NCBI GenBank assembly: GCA_964247055.1
Contig: OZ176055.1
Location: 6,510,001 to 6,574,000 of the forward strand
Direction of reading: 5' to 3'
Length of the DNA stretch: 64,000 nucleotides
Source: Paragordius varius
Lineage: Eukaryota; Animalia; Nematomorpha
Shown: piece after piece, positions 38,701-50,026 of the stretch
How the letters are laid out: every line of letters begins with the position of its first letter
Position numbering within the stretch: position 1 is the stretch's first letter
Notes under the pieces: generated by a model
What the model was told of the DNA's origin: nothing
Seen by the model: the letters and a program-made list of their open reading frames with translations, nothing else
The model's database searches: none
Translations under genes and position numbers: made by a program

Positions 38701-40182
38701 TGCCAAAATATCTAAATAAAATTTTGTTTTAAAAAAAAATTACATGTCAAACTAGGTCGACGCCATTTTTATTTTACACAATTTTTGCAAAATATCGTAT
38801 TCATTTAATTTTAATGGTAAAATTAAAGCCAATATCTCACATTGATAGAAATAGAAGAAGCGGTTTATTTTATATTTTTTTATTTTACCATTTCACACAT
38901 GTCGCGTTGACGAAATTTTTACCCTTCAGTTTTAGCTTAAAATAATTAATATCCAATATTTTTTTTAATATAATTCGGATTTTTAATGTTATATAAGTGC
39001 AATATTTTGCCATGGTTTCAATTCCTTTCATGTTTTATAAAGATTTGATTTTAAACAGGCCTGTGGTATCCAACTACCCCAATTTGAATCGAAGGACTTA
39101 AATGAGTGTGTTGTATCCAGGTGTTAATAGATAAAAAATACCTCTTCCCTAATTTTGGTATCGGCATGGTGTTGAAGTAAAACTTCAACGACATTTGGTT
39201 TGTTTTTATAACAGGCCCACATGAGAGCACTCCAACCACCCTTGATATAATATTAAAATTTATATATTTGATAAATTTTCATTATTAAAACAAATTTTGC
39301 ACATATATTTTAGATTATGGAATAAAAATTGTCAAGGCTAAGTTACTAAAAAATAAAAATTAATTTTACAAAAATCAAATATTTAATAATATGGTTAAAA
39401 TATAAATTAAAAAACATATTTTTATATGAAAAATTCCCACAAGAATTATAATTATTTAACTGTTTATAACTTATATAAAATCGAATCTTATTTCAAGAAT
39501 TATTAAAAATAACCCAATATTAAAAGAATTTTAACAAAAATGACATATGATTGGGTAAAGCGATTGATGGATAAAAATAGTTTTATTTATAAATAAAAGC
39601 ATAGAATAAACTTGATTTGTAATCAATTAGTATTGGCCTGATATCAAATAATTCAATTGTATTAAAGCTTGAATGATATAAATATGAAAAAAACAAGATT
39701 AAAAAACGGTAAAATTCAAATTTAAAACCAAAATACCATATCTCTATGATCAACATGAGCCCCATTATTTAACAAAATTTCACAATTTTTCGCATTCCCT
39801 TCTTTGGCTGCGACCATCAAAGGCGACCATTGATCATTGTCCACTATATAAATTGGAAATATTATATATTTTTTAGATAAAAAAAATCCAAAAATTAAAA
39901 ATAGTATTTTAAAATTCAAAAACTTTGAACGTATAACAGAAATGGTTATAAAAAATAAATGATACATGCATTCGGATCTGAACCAGCATTTATTAAATCA
40001 GTCAGAATTTCACTTGTCGAACCAGCAGCAAAATGTAAAAATGTTTGGCCCGCATTATCTAATGACTGATTAATGTATGGCTCTAATTCTGGCAAAATGG
40101 TCTTGAATTGACTGTTTTTCTTCTCATCGATATAGCTTAGAGCTGTCTTTATAGTCGCTAAAGCAATTGGAGTTACTTTCAT
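20784..40182 (-). CDS. KIDINS220: Kinase D-interacting substrate of 220 kDa/ARMS (ankyrin repeats, KAP P-loop NTPase, 4 TM, SAM-like); 3' end tentative
   Basis: Exons 40182-39966, 39843-39737, 39240-39142 ([12 protein letters not shown]), 38196-38098 (LIWAAGRG), 37837-37631, 37171-36980, 36664-36560 ([10 protein letters not shown]), 36237-36139, 35780-35603 (GDTALHI...LLLRNPK), 35356-35192 ([13 protein letters not shown]...[11 protein letters not shown]), 34860-34681, 34274-34118, 33807-33665 (RFLFTDY). Later exons encode [56 protein letters not shown] and the SAM-like NVNG...MSFGDW. C-terminal low-complexity exons reach ~20784. Confidence 0.95.
21868..22040. mobile_element. Tc1/mariner-type MITE (173 bp)
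   Basis: TA|cagtatgcat..gatggttgcttatttca ... tgaaataagcaccatt..atgcatactg|TA. Second copy at 61452-61629. Confidence 0.8.
25155..25417. mobile_element. TACC...GGTA MITE, degenerate copy
   Basis: ccatttacagctcaaattcaccc ... gtgtaaatggta. Confidence 0.7.
25676..26004. mobile_element. TACC...GGTA MITE, best-preserved copy (329 bp)
   Basis: taccatttacagttcaaattcaccc / gggtgaatttgaactgtaaatggta perfect 25-bp TIR; four 21-bp left repeats; TA flanks. Confidence 0.85.
29936..30197. mobile_element. TACC...GGTA MITE, degenerate copy
   Basis: taccatttacagtttgaatt ... gttcaagggtgaatttgaactgttcaaaggtga. Confidence 0.65.
38574..39123 (+). mobile_element. piggyBac-like MITE, copy 2, in KIDINS220 intron 3
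   Basis: TTAA at 38570-38573 and 39124-39127; perfect 20-bp inner inverted repeat cttcgattcaaattggggta / taccccaatttgaatcgaag; colinear with 1963-2527. Confidence 0.75.
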
Positions 40183-40222
40183 ATGACTTTAGACGCATAC
40201 CTTTTTAAAGCTGATACGGCAT

Positions 40223-40411
40223 ATGTTTCAAAGATTTTTCCAACTTTTGATCCACAACCACGATTTAATTGAAAAACTCTCAAATACCGCTTTTATCCGA
40301 AGATCAGCTCAATTATCCGTTTATGCCTTTTTAAGATTGAAGCATTTGGGAGAAAATCAATACAAATCTTTGCTCGAAAATTTTCAAAACCTGATTGATC
40401 CAAAGTTTTAA
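40223..40411 (+). CDS. NCBP2AS2: NCBP2AS2-like microprotein, 62 aa, single exon
   Basis: MFQRFFQLLIHNHDLIEKLSNTAFIRRSAQLSVYAFLR matches the family motif L.R.L...L...QL(V/I)E(R/K)LS.S..IRRAAQLT..A. Confidence 0.8.
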   Translation: MFQRFFQLLIHNHDLIEKLSNTAFIRRSAQLSVYAFLRLKHLGENQYKSLLENFQNLIDPKF

Positions 40412-40438
40412 GACGCTTAATTTTGTTAGATATAAGAA

Positions 40439-41024
40439 ATGAACCGATTAGTTTATGTGGCTGGAGGTAGTGGATTTATTGGCAAACACTTATGCAATAA
40501 GCTTATTGAACTTGGTTATGAACCATGTTTAATAACTCGCACAAAACAGGACTTACATAAATACATTTTATGGAATGACTTAGAAAAATTAAAAGACTGC
40601 CATGCTGTTATTGGCCTACAAGGTCAAAATATAATGGGTATATTTATTAACAATTAATTTTAGATTTATCGCGACGATGGAATAAGGAGTTTGAAAAAGA
40701 TTTATATGATAGCCGCATAAACACAACTAAAAAATTGGTAAAAGCAATACAAAATATTAAAACAAACATCTTTATATCATCGTCTGCGATAGGAATATAC
40801 GAACCAGAAGTATCCAAAACATATGATGAATCCTACAAATCTGATGTTAATTATAGTTCCCTTTCTGACTTCAAAGGCAAAGAAATTTTATCTTTAGCTA
40901 AAATGTGTCACGATTGGGAAGATGCGGCCATTACTAACAACGTAAATTCTACAATATTGATATTGAATTTTTTTCAATTATCCATTTCTATATATACCGT
41001 CAACCGGTTTTTTGATTGGTTTAA

Positions 41025-41066
<42 letters not shown>

Positions 41067-43172
41067 TTTTTGATATAGTCAAGAAACAAAATAATTTTTT
41101 GAGATAACTTATGACCAACGGTTGCCGCAAAAATTTTATTTGTTGACAACCTAGTTTTTGAAATATTGAAAGAAAATTGAAATCGGGCAAAAAGTTTATT
41201 AAAGTTAATAAAGGATAATTTAAAAAATAATGATAAAACTCGAGATATTATGGTTTTTTATCATTTTAGGGGATATTTTATATATATAAATAAAAGCATA
41301 TAGTTGTTTGTATAGAATCTCAGAACATATTTAAAAGATAAAAAAATAACTATATTAAAAAAAATTAATTATTTACTAGCTAAACTCACTATTAAAACCT
41401 TAATATATATTTTATTCACTAAAAACTTGTATATCAAAATAAAACTAAAAAATACTTTTTATTTTCTCATTTTTATGCTCGGTTTATGACGGTATAGAAA
41501 GATTTACTGTTTTATTTTGGAATTTCAGAGGATCGAAAATCATAAATATATAAATTAATACTAAATAAAATTCAAAAGTGGTGGAAAATCAACCAAATAT
41601 CCGTACATATCCCAGTATAAATATTAATTTGTGTTAAAACAAACTTTTTACGGGTTGTAATGATTTTTGGTTGATATTCCACTACTTTTAAATCCTATTT
41701 TGCCTAAATGATATAGTTTATAATTCTTAATATAAGCTTTCAAAATAAAACTATTATTTAACCAAAATATTTTTCCTTTTACGACAGTTATAATGTTTTC
41801 TATTTATTTTATTAGAACAAAAATACTACAATCATACGGACTGGTAATTAATTATTATTATTTTTACAGTACTTTTAAATTAATTAATGAAATTTGCGTA
41901 GATTTTACCAAAATTGTTTTACACTATTTCAGGTATAGTACTTGGACCAGACGGAGGTGTCATTAAAAGCATGATTTTACCCTTCAAATTTGGTTTGGGT
42001 AATAAAGCTTTGGGATCAGGTCAACAATGGTTTTCTTGGATCCATATTGATGATTGGGTTGGTATCGTTATAAAATGTATTGAGGATGCAAAAAGTAAAC
42101 ATTTTGAATGTTATCTCAAACATATATTCGTATTTAATTCATTTTGTGAAAGCAATAATTTCCTTTATATGAGAAAATGTACTTATCGTTATAAATGAAA
42201 TATATACCATTAAATATATAAGATTAAATATATAAGATAAGGTTGCATGTTAAATCAATTAATATTGTTAATCTTTTACAGATAATTTGTTCGAATTGCG
42301 TTATCTTTACAATTTTGGTATTCATTTTGTATTTATGTTATCACTTAGAAATATTTTCGCAGTATTATTGCTCCCGCTTTTTAATTAAATTGAAATATTT
42401 ATACAGTAAAATTATTTTTAATAATACGGTGTATAAATTCAGTCATTCACGGTCAATTGATAGTAGTCAATTAAATTTATAGGTGTAAATATACAATCAT
42501 ATAAAACCAGTTTTAAAAAATAATTAATAAATATTAACACAAAGATAATAATATTACGAATTACATGTATTATGAAATAGCCACACTATCGATTATTTTT
42601 AAGCGCGGTAACACTCATAATTTTTAATACATTCATAACCTTTTAGATTGCCAAAAAAATTATAAAGATGAAGATAAAAAAAATTATTGTTTCATAGTTG
42701 TTTGACACATTTACTGATATTTATACTCCAAATAAGTAAATCAAGAATTTTATAAATAATTCAGGGCCATTTACACTTTTAGGGTCGTAATTTTATCTTT
42801 TGTTTCAAACCCTTTATTTTCAATAAACAACACATAATATATGTTATAGATTCAATGTCTCAACAACAGGAACCAACAATTCACGAATCATACCAAACCA
42901 ATGCAGGCAAACACAGAATTTATAATGCAGTCTCACCTCATGCCTGTAGGAATGTGGAATTTCATTCGGCCTTTGCAAAAGCATTACATAGACCTCTCTT
43001 TCTTCCAGCCATGCCTCAAACCGTACTAAGCCTGATAATGGGACCTACCCGAGCCCAACTCTTATGTTTGGGTCAACATGTGGTCCCTAACGAAACCCTA
43101 AACAAATTACATTATGTGTATCAATTTCCTGACATAGAAGAAGCTTGCTTTGATATTGTGTCCAAATTATAA
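40439..43172 (+). CDS. SDR39U1: Epimerase family protein SDR39U1, 329 aa; join(40439..40637,40664..40941,41816..41843,41933..42094,42850..43172)
   Basis: GGSGFIG Rossmann motif, RRWNKEF...SRINTT, ISSSAIGIY, YDES, GIVLGPDGG, PFKFGLG..LGSGQQWFSWIHIDD, LLCLGQHVVP, YQFPDIEEA. Spliced length 990 nt, all GT-AG. Confidence 0.95.
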
Positions 43173-43411
43173 GAATAAATTATGTATTACAGTGTGAATA
43201 ACTCAACATTGGTTGTTTTTATAATATTGCCAGATGCTATGTAGAGCAATTGTGGGAGAAGCAAGAAAAAAAATAATTTTTAACCAAAAACATTATTCTT
43301 TGCTGTATATGCTCTCTGACAATAATTAAAAAAACTCTAATATATATTTAATCATACATTAAATTATATGGTATGAGCGAACAAAAATAAAGAAAATATA
43401 TAGCAGATATA

Positions 43412-44121
43412 TTATGGTTTTTTGCAGTTTTCATCACATTCAGCGGCGGTAACATACAGATTCAATCTATGTTTGCAACCATTATAATTGAATTTTTTGC
43501 ATGTGTATGTTTCAGGAGAAAAATAATAAGTCGATGATTGACCATGTTCTAAAAAATGATAAAAATCAAATCTGAAGTGTTATAAAATATCTTTGATATT
43601 AAATAATGTTTTAATTAATTTCTTTTAAAAGATTTCATTTGTTATGATCCTGAGCTTAATTTCTTATTTGTCATTTAAGATAAAATATCATCATTTAAAT
43701 TGCTTGAAAAATTTGGTTATTTTTTGTTTAATTCAATCTAAATGTTTCTAGTAATTTAAGATGTAATTTGTGTGTCGTAGACCTATTTTCCTTATATACA
43801 GTTTTGTTGATTTTACGATTAATAAATGAAACATCAAAAACTATTTTATTTTTTATTATTCAGAAAAACTTACCGCCACTGTAGGAATTGGATTGACCAC
43901 AATCATTTAAACATTGTGTTAAGCTATGAAAAATATTTGAAGTACTAGAACAAGGGTATCTTTGGGAAAATTCTATGCACCGGTCATGAATTGGATTGTA
44001 TGACGCTTGTCTCAATATGCATAACGTTTTAGGAATAGCTAAACACTATTATTTTGAAAAGATTACCAATTAATTGGAATAAAATGGTAGGTAGGAATAT
44101 AATTAATATATTAAAATTCAT
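43412..44121 (-). CDS. Small secreted protein with two atypical Kunitz/BPTI-like domains, 118 aa; join(44121..44067,44038..43874,43548..43412)
   Basis: Signal-peptide-like MNFNILIIFLPTILFQLIA, then YNPIHDRC-x8-C-x12-C-x3-C and YYFSPETYTC-x7-C-x12-C-x3-C Kunitz spacings. Phase-1 GT-AG introns (28 nt and 325 nt) give an open 357-nt CDS. Missed by the ORF track. Confidence 0.8.
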
Positions 44122-44399
44122 TGCACAAAATAAAAAAATGGTTTTATATTATAACTTAAGGACACTAAATCCATATGTGGATAGAGATATGCAGTTTATT
44201 TAGGCCAATAATGGTTTTTGTTTGATATAAAAAAACATTGCAGAATAGATATCAAAGAATATGAGACTCGGATTAACCTTATTTTTCAATGTATACTAAA
44301 TAAAAAAAGTTCCTATATGTTTGCATCAATTGTGTAGATATAATTCTGTTAAATACATTTTTTATACCATTATGCTTTGTGGATTATTAACCTCTTAAC

Positions 44400-45018
44400 A
44401 TTTAGGATTCAAATAAGTTATATTAAATCGCGGCCCTAAAAGCACTTTTAATAACTCGAATTAAAATTATTTTTTTGATTGATTATTATTATTAATTTAA
44501 AAATTTTAAATGTGATAGTTGTATTTAAAAAAATTCCGTTTAAATAACTATTCATTTATATTTTTCTAAAAATTTCCGGCTTTGCAACTTATGCTTGTTT
44601 TTCATCATATTCATGTTAAATAATATATCGATCTATTTAGAGAATAAATATTTAAGGAAAATCACAAATAAGGGTATATCTTATTATGAATTTCTAAATG
44701 ATCTGCCAAAAAATAATATATAAAATGCAATGAAGCGAACCCTATGCCGGCTCAACTTAGCCGGCGTATTTAAAAATGAAAGTTTTAAGACCTAATGACG
44801 TTAGATTAGCCTGTTATGTTATCGTCAAAAATTCTTGGTTATAAGTCTTTTGTAGATTATGTTAATTATATTATTAGTATATAACCCGCAAATTTTGGTG
44901 TGATATCACAAGTATTGGAATATGAAGCTATGCATGGTGGTATTATATTTTGGCTCTGGCCCTTGAAACATATAAATCATTTTATTCGGCCTGTCAAATT
45001 TTTTTGGTGAGTACCAGT
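44400..45018 (+). mobile_element. Degenerate internally deleted derivative of the 4573-6603 hAT element
   Basis: ggcctgtcaaatttttttggtgagtaccag (44986-45017) is the reverse complement of 4573-4603; cgcggccctaaaagc (44432) resembles the other subterminus. Confidence 0.55.
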
Positions 45019-45568
45019 AATTTAAACGAATAATGTATAAAAGAATGTTTAGAATAATGTTTTAGTTTAGTTTACACAATAACATTAAGATATTTTATCT
45101 CTGAATACAATCATGTTTACACTGTAGATGCAAATCGGCGTCATGAACTACCCCATCTTCTAACAATTGATGCTTTTCAAAAGTTGGCCAAATATATATT
45201 AATATAACTATTTCATCAAATATTACATAATGCAAAGAAAAATGATTTTTTCTAAAAATTGAAAAAAAATGGTACCAAATTAATTTGATAATGATATTTT
45301 TCAAAGCTAAAATTTAATAAACTTATTATTGCCTTTATTAAGATAAAACATAAGTTTAAATTGAGTCAACCCGTTTTGTTAGTTTTTAATAATTTCTTTT
45401 AAAGCGCATAACTAGTTACCGTAGTTTGCATGATGTTAAGATACGAAGCTTTATTATTGTAATTAAAATCAATTTATTTCTAATTATATTAAATAAACAA
45501 TATATGCCAGGCATTAAATTTGATATATTGTTTATGTTCATACGCTAATGAACAGACTTTCAGTGACA

Positions 45569-45815
45569 TACCAATTACAGTTCAAATTCACCCTTTAACA
45601 ATTCAAATTCACCCTAAAATAAATTAAGTGTTTTTCGACATTAAAAATTACCTTATTTTTTAATATTTTTAAAATATAAAATTCTGGTTAAAAATAAATC
45701 CTGAAAAAATAATAATGTTGTAAAAATATATTTCATATTAATGATGATTAGAGAAACATAATTTTTTTAGGGTAAATTTGAATTGTTTAAGGGTGAATTT
45801 AATTTGTAAATGGTA
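45569..45815. mobile_element. TACC...GGTA MITE copy
   Basis: taccaattacagttcaaattcaccc ... gggtgaatttaatttgtaaatggta. Confidence 0.8.
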
Positions 45816-45905
45816 TATTTCAAATAAAAAGAACAGACAGATTGTTCTTTTTTAATACACTAAATGGTTTGTTTGACAGCAACCCGAAATGTCTTTTTTT
45901 TTTAA

Positions 45906-47773
45906 TTAATTTTGAAATTCGGACAATATAGTTGTAAGCCCTTTAGCTAATTCTGAGGCATTCAAAAGCACATCTTTATTTTGTGATTGATTGATGCACA
46001 TTTTCAATAACGTTAAGAATTTTTCCATATATATCATATTATTGACCATTGTATAAGGATTTGCTAATGATAGCGATATGACCGTTTTCCATGCCCTAAC
46101 AAATGTTAGCCATATACAGTCCTGTAAATCTATCGATATATTTGGATTTTTAATCGCTGTGTTTTTTGAGAATACTAATTCTAAAATTTCTATAGAAAAT
46201 TTTGAGAAGGTTTGAATAGCTGTGTCAAAATTCATGGCGTTTTGAGCTATGATAAGTACCTGAACTAAATATTCAACTAGCAAATTTAAATTATATGATT
46301 CAAGTATTTGAGTTAGTTTTTGTCTCTTATCCAACATTTTATAAACGGATTCCGCAAAATTAATTATCCAGGGGTAAAAATAGAAATTTAATATATTAGG
46401 ATTAAGTGTTGCAGTTATATTATTCTGCAAATTATTTCTGGAATTAGGGAGAAGCGGTTCCGGTTCTTTAAGTTTTAAATCAGTCATATTATTAGTTATT
46501 GAAGGAGAGTCGAATTTTCGTGTTAAGCATTGAAACAATAAATAGAGAATTTCCTTTTTTTGTTTCAAATTATATATGATTGGGGTAGTAGCAAAATACG
46601 AATCAGCTAATATGGGTAAAAAATAATTTTCAAATTTTTGAACAGTTTTGATTAAAAGATCAAACCGTAGTCGATAAAATTTTTCATTGTTATCTTCATC
46701 GTCGACACTGATTTCGAATGCAAAATCAAAAACACTCTTTTTATGTTCCACATAATCCAAAGGATCCAAATTTATAATAATAGACAGTATGGATAAAAGT
46801 TCATGAACTGATTTATTTGCCAAATTAATTTTTGGTTTCATGTCTAGTAAATTTACATTTTCAGTGCCTCCATGAATGGCATGAAAAAATTCGGTTAAAG
46901 TTGGTAAACTTTTGATCTCTTTAACAGTAATTAATTGGCATGAAGTGGTGTTTGATGATTTTATAATTGTAAAGGGTGTCATTGGTTTACTTCTATCCTT
47001 TTCACCTTCGAGAATATAATATTTCAATCTCAAAATAAAATTACTAAATTGTTGATATACTTGTGGATATTGTTCTTCCAAAATTTTATCAAACGATACA
47101 TCGGTAAGGGAATTAACATTTGAAAATTTGAGCATTATCATACCAAATATGCGATTATTTTCCCCTGGATCTTCTAAATGCTCTATAGTCGCAAACAATA
47201 ACTTTTCTTTGTTAATTCGTTCGCTAATTGGCGATATATTTGATGCTGATACTATAAGTTTTGTTAGATGACTATGTTGTTCCTTATGCAATTTGTGAAA
47301 CTTTGACCAGTTTTCTCTAATGGAAGTAAGGACTTCGGAAATACCTTCATCATTTACGCGCATCAAATATATCCACCAATTAAAGTATGATGAATCATGA
47401 CTAAAACCTGTAAATGTATTTATAACAAATGTCTCTTGGGCAATTTTATGGGGAAAAAGCTTGATTGAATAGTCAGATCCCATGGAAAATATTACGGACA
47501 AAATAGATCTCCTTCTTAACGATGATATATTAGACAAATAATCGGTCCAAACATGCAATACTCTCGCATCATTTATGTTATGGTAAAGAATTTTAATTAT
47601 TTTTTCATTAAAATTAAATAAATGAAAAAATTCGCCATAATCTATCTTCATATCATTTTTAATAATCCACATAAGCTGGTAAAAAACATTCGGTAGCAGG
47701 ATCTCATTGCGAAAACTCTTTGCTTGCAAACAGCATTGCAACTTTTTTAATGTCGTCTTAGGATTAAAGCTAA
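45906..47773 (-). CDS. Large (~1.87 kb) coding exon for an alpha-helical solenoid protein, tentatively NUP188-like
   Basis: 649 stop-free codons in very AT-rich DNA. The ORF-track start (47855) lies inside a MITE, so the exon probably begins at an acceptor near 47773. Weak recalled similarity to NUP188 (LPNVFYQLM, NDARVLHVWTDYLS, FVRAWKTVISL). Product uncertain. Confidence 0.55.
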
Positions 47774-47840
47774 CTAAATCAATAATAAACATGGGTTTTA
47801 AAAGATGTGGTGAAATAACATGTGTAAAACAACCGATTAA

Positions 47841-48240
47841 CACTTGGATATACACACATTCATTTCAGTCCTCCGATTCAAATTGGGATTTTCAGACCTC
47901 AGTCTTGTTTAAAATTATATATTTCAATATGGAATAAATTGGAACCAGGTCAAAGGTTTGCGTTTAGATAGCATTAAAACACCGAAAAATGAAAAAAATA
48001 TACTCAAAAATACTTAATATTATTTATTTAGACGTAAAACCTGAAGGTAAAGATTAGGTGTGTGCATTCGTTAAATAGCAAAAAATGCAAAACAACCACT
48101 TTTTCTTGATTTAAAAAAATAGCCATAATTTTGGTAAAATTAAAAAACACGATATTTTGCAAAAATGTTGCAAAATGAAAGTGTTGAATGAAAGTATTTT
48201 TAAAACTCAATTTAATTTAGATATTTTGGGTTGGATGATA
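47841..48240 (-). mobile_element. piggyBac-like MITE, diverged inverted copy, truncated
   Basis: TTAA (47837-47840) then cacttggatatacacac...cctccgattcaaattggg, the reverse complement of the 3' end of copies 1 and 2. Confidence 0.65.
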
Positions 48241-48782
48241 TAAAAGTCGCACTTGACTTGTAAGCCAAGCGTGGCAAGTTGAGCAAGTTTACTTAAGGCA
48301 GCAAGTGTACACTTGAAGATCGGTGATAAAAAAACACTTAAGTCTTTTGCTTATGAATGTAACATTTTTTGCCACCCAATTCGAATTTTACAGAAATTAT
48401 TTTGATCATTTTCAGCCAAAATTTATGAAATAATGCACAAAAAGATAAACAATTAATACAATATGCATTCATTGACGGTTCTTAAACTCATTGGTACGTA
48501 TCTATTTATTTTTATAGAATTTTCTAAATATTGAGCCTGGTAATAATTTTTAGTTTGATGAAACCATTCTTATAACACTTTCCATTTCTTTATCACACTG
48601 GAGTCCATTTGCAAACATAATGGGAAGATGTTTATACAATATAACATAATTTATTTTAATTGATTATAAACATTACATTCTAAATAAATTTATGATGAAA
48701 TAATTTTTTTACATTGGTTAATAGTGAAGTAACCTTTTGCTTTTAATAAATGAAGATTTAAAATTTTACTAGATTAATATTT

Positions 48783-49590
48783 CTAGCGTAAATCCTTCGT
48801 ACTTTGGGGGGGGGGGGGGGCTATTTGAAATAAGGGACAATAAAATAATAAACATATGTGGATTATTTCGAAACATTATTTAAATATGATTTTATAGGAA
48901 TTTTAAAACGGTGCATTAATATTAATATATTGTTTACCTGGGGGAAAAATAAATTAAAATTATTTTTGTGGACTTTGTTTTTTGAAAAAAGTGGCGTTTT
49001 ACGGGGGAGCGGGTAAAAAGAGGGCCTAAATCAAAAAAGCGAGACGACTACGGGCGCAATCGAAAATTAAACAAAAATTATATTTGAAAATTTAATGGTC
49101 AACACGTTCTCCGGAAAATTGTCTCAAAGTCACGATTGTGGACTTCTGTTTTCAAAAAAAAAACCGTTTTCTACACGGGGTGGGCCCGAACTGGGGGCCT
49201 ATTTCAAAAAAAGGGCGAACTATTGTCGGGGCATTCATTAATGATCATATTTTTTCGAAGTTTGGATTTGAATTGGTCTACCGGTTTTCCGGTACCAGAT
49301 CACAAAGTTACATGAGCAATCAGTTTTTAGCGGGTAGCTCCTTACCCAGCAACTATCATCTAAGAAACGCTTGACTAAAATTTTTGCCTTTTAACAGGGA
49401 ATACGTGGAATCCATATTGAATTTTTACGATACCTAGGGCGAAAAAAAAAATTATTTTTGTGAACTTTGTTTTTTAAAAAAAATGGCATTTTATGGGGGG
49501 AGCGGGTAAAAAGAGGGCCTAAATCAAAAAAGCGAGACGACTATGTTCGGTGCAATCAAAAATAAGTAAACGAAAATCATATTTTATGGG
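48783..49590 (-). mobile_element. Helitron-family copy with about two internal units; 3' hairpin deleted
   Basis: ctagcgtaaatc terminus; the ggggagcgggtaaaaagagggcctaaatc unit occurs at ~49003 and ~49496. Confidence 0.8.
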
Positions 49591-50026
49591 CGTATTTTGC
49601 ATATGGATTTCCAAATTTTTCGCGGGCCGCACAAAGATAGTCGGGAGGCCGCGTTGGTCGACCAAATGATAAATATTATAAAATTAGGGTAAAATTTATG
49701 TTTATCTAATATGAAGTGTTAAATGACATTGAGATAAAAGTGGTATATTTTTATAAATTAATTATTTCATCCGTAACTATAGATTTTTTAAGTTAGCCGC
49801 AGATAATGCGAATCATCAATAAAATAAAAAACATTATCTTAAAAACATCTCAAATTCCAAAAATACAACTTTTAAAGAATAAGTCATTAATGATTGTGTA
49901 TGGAATATAATTGGAAAAACTGTCATTCAAATTGTGTTTTTATAAAAAATAATATCCTAATATTACGCTGATAATGGTTAAAAGTTAGTTTTATATCATG
50001 TTTTGATATTTATCAAAAATAAAACC

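Noticed and set aside
45095-45210. Extra exon (..LQCKHDC..) for the Kunitz or orphan gene
   Set aside because: It has only a CxxxC motif without the other Kunitz spacings, and there is no compatible donor/acceptor pair.
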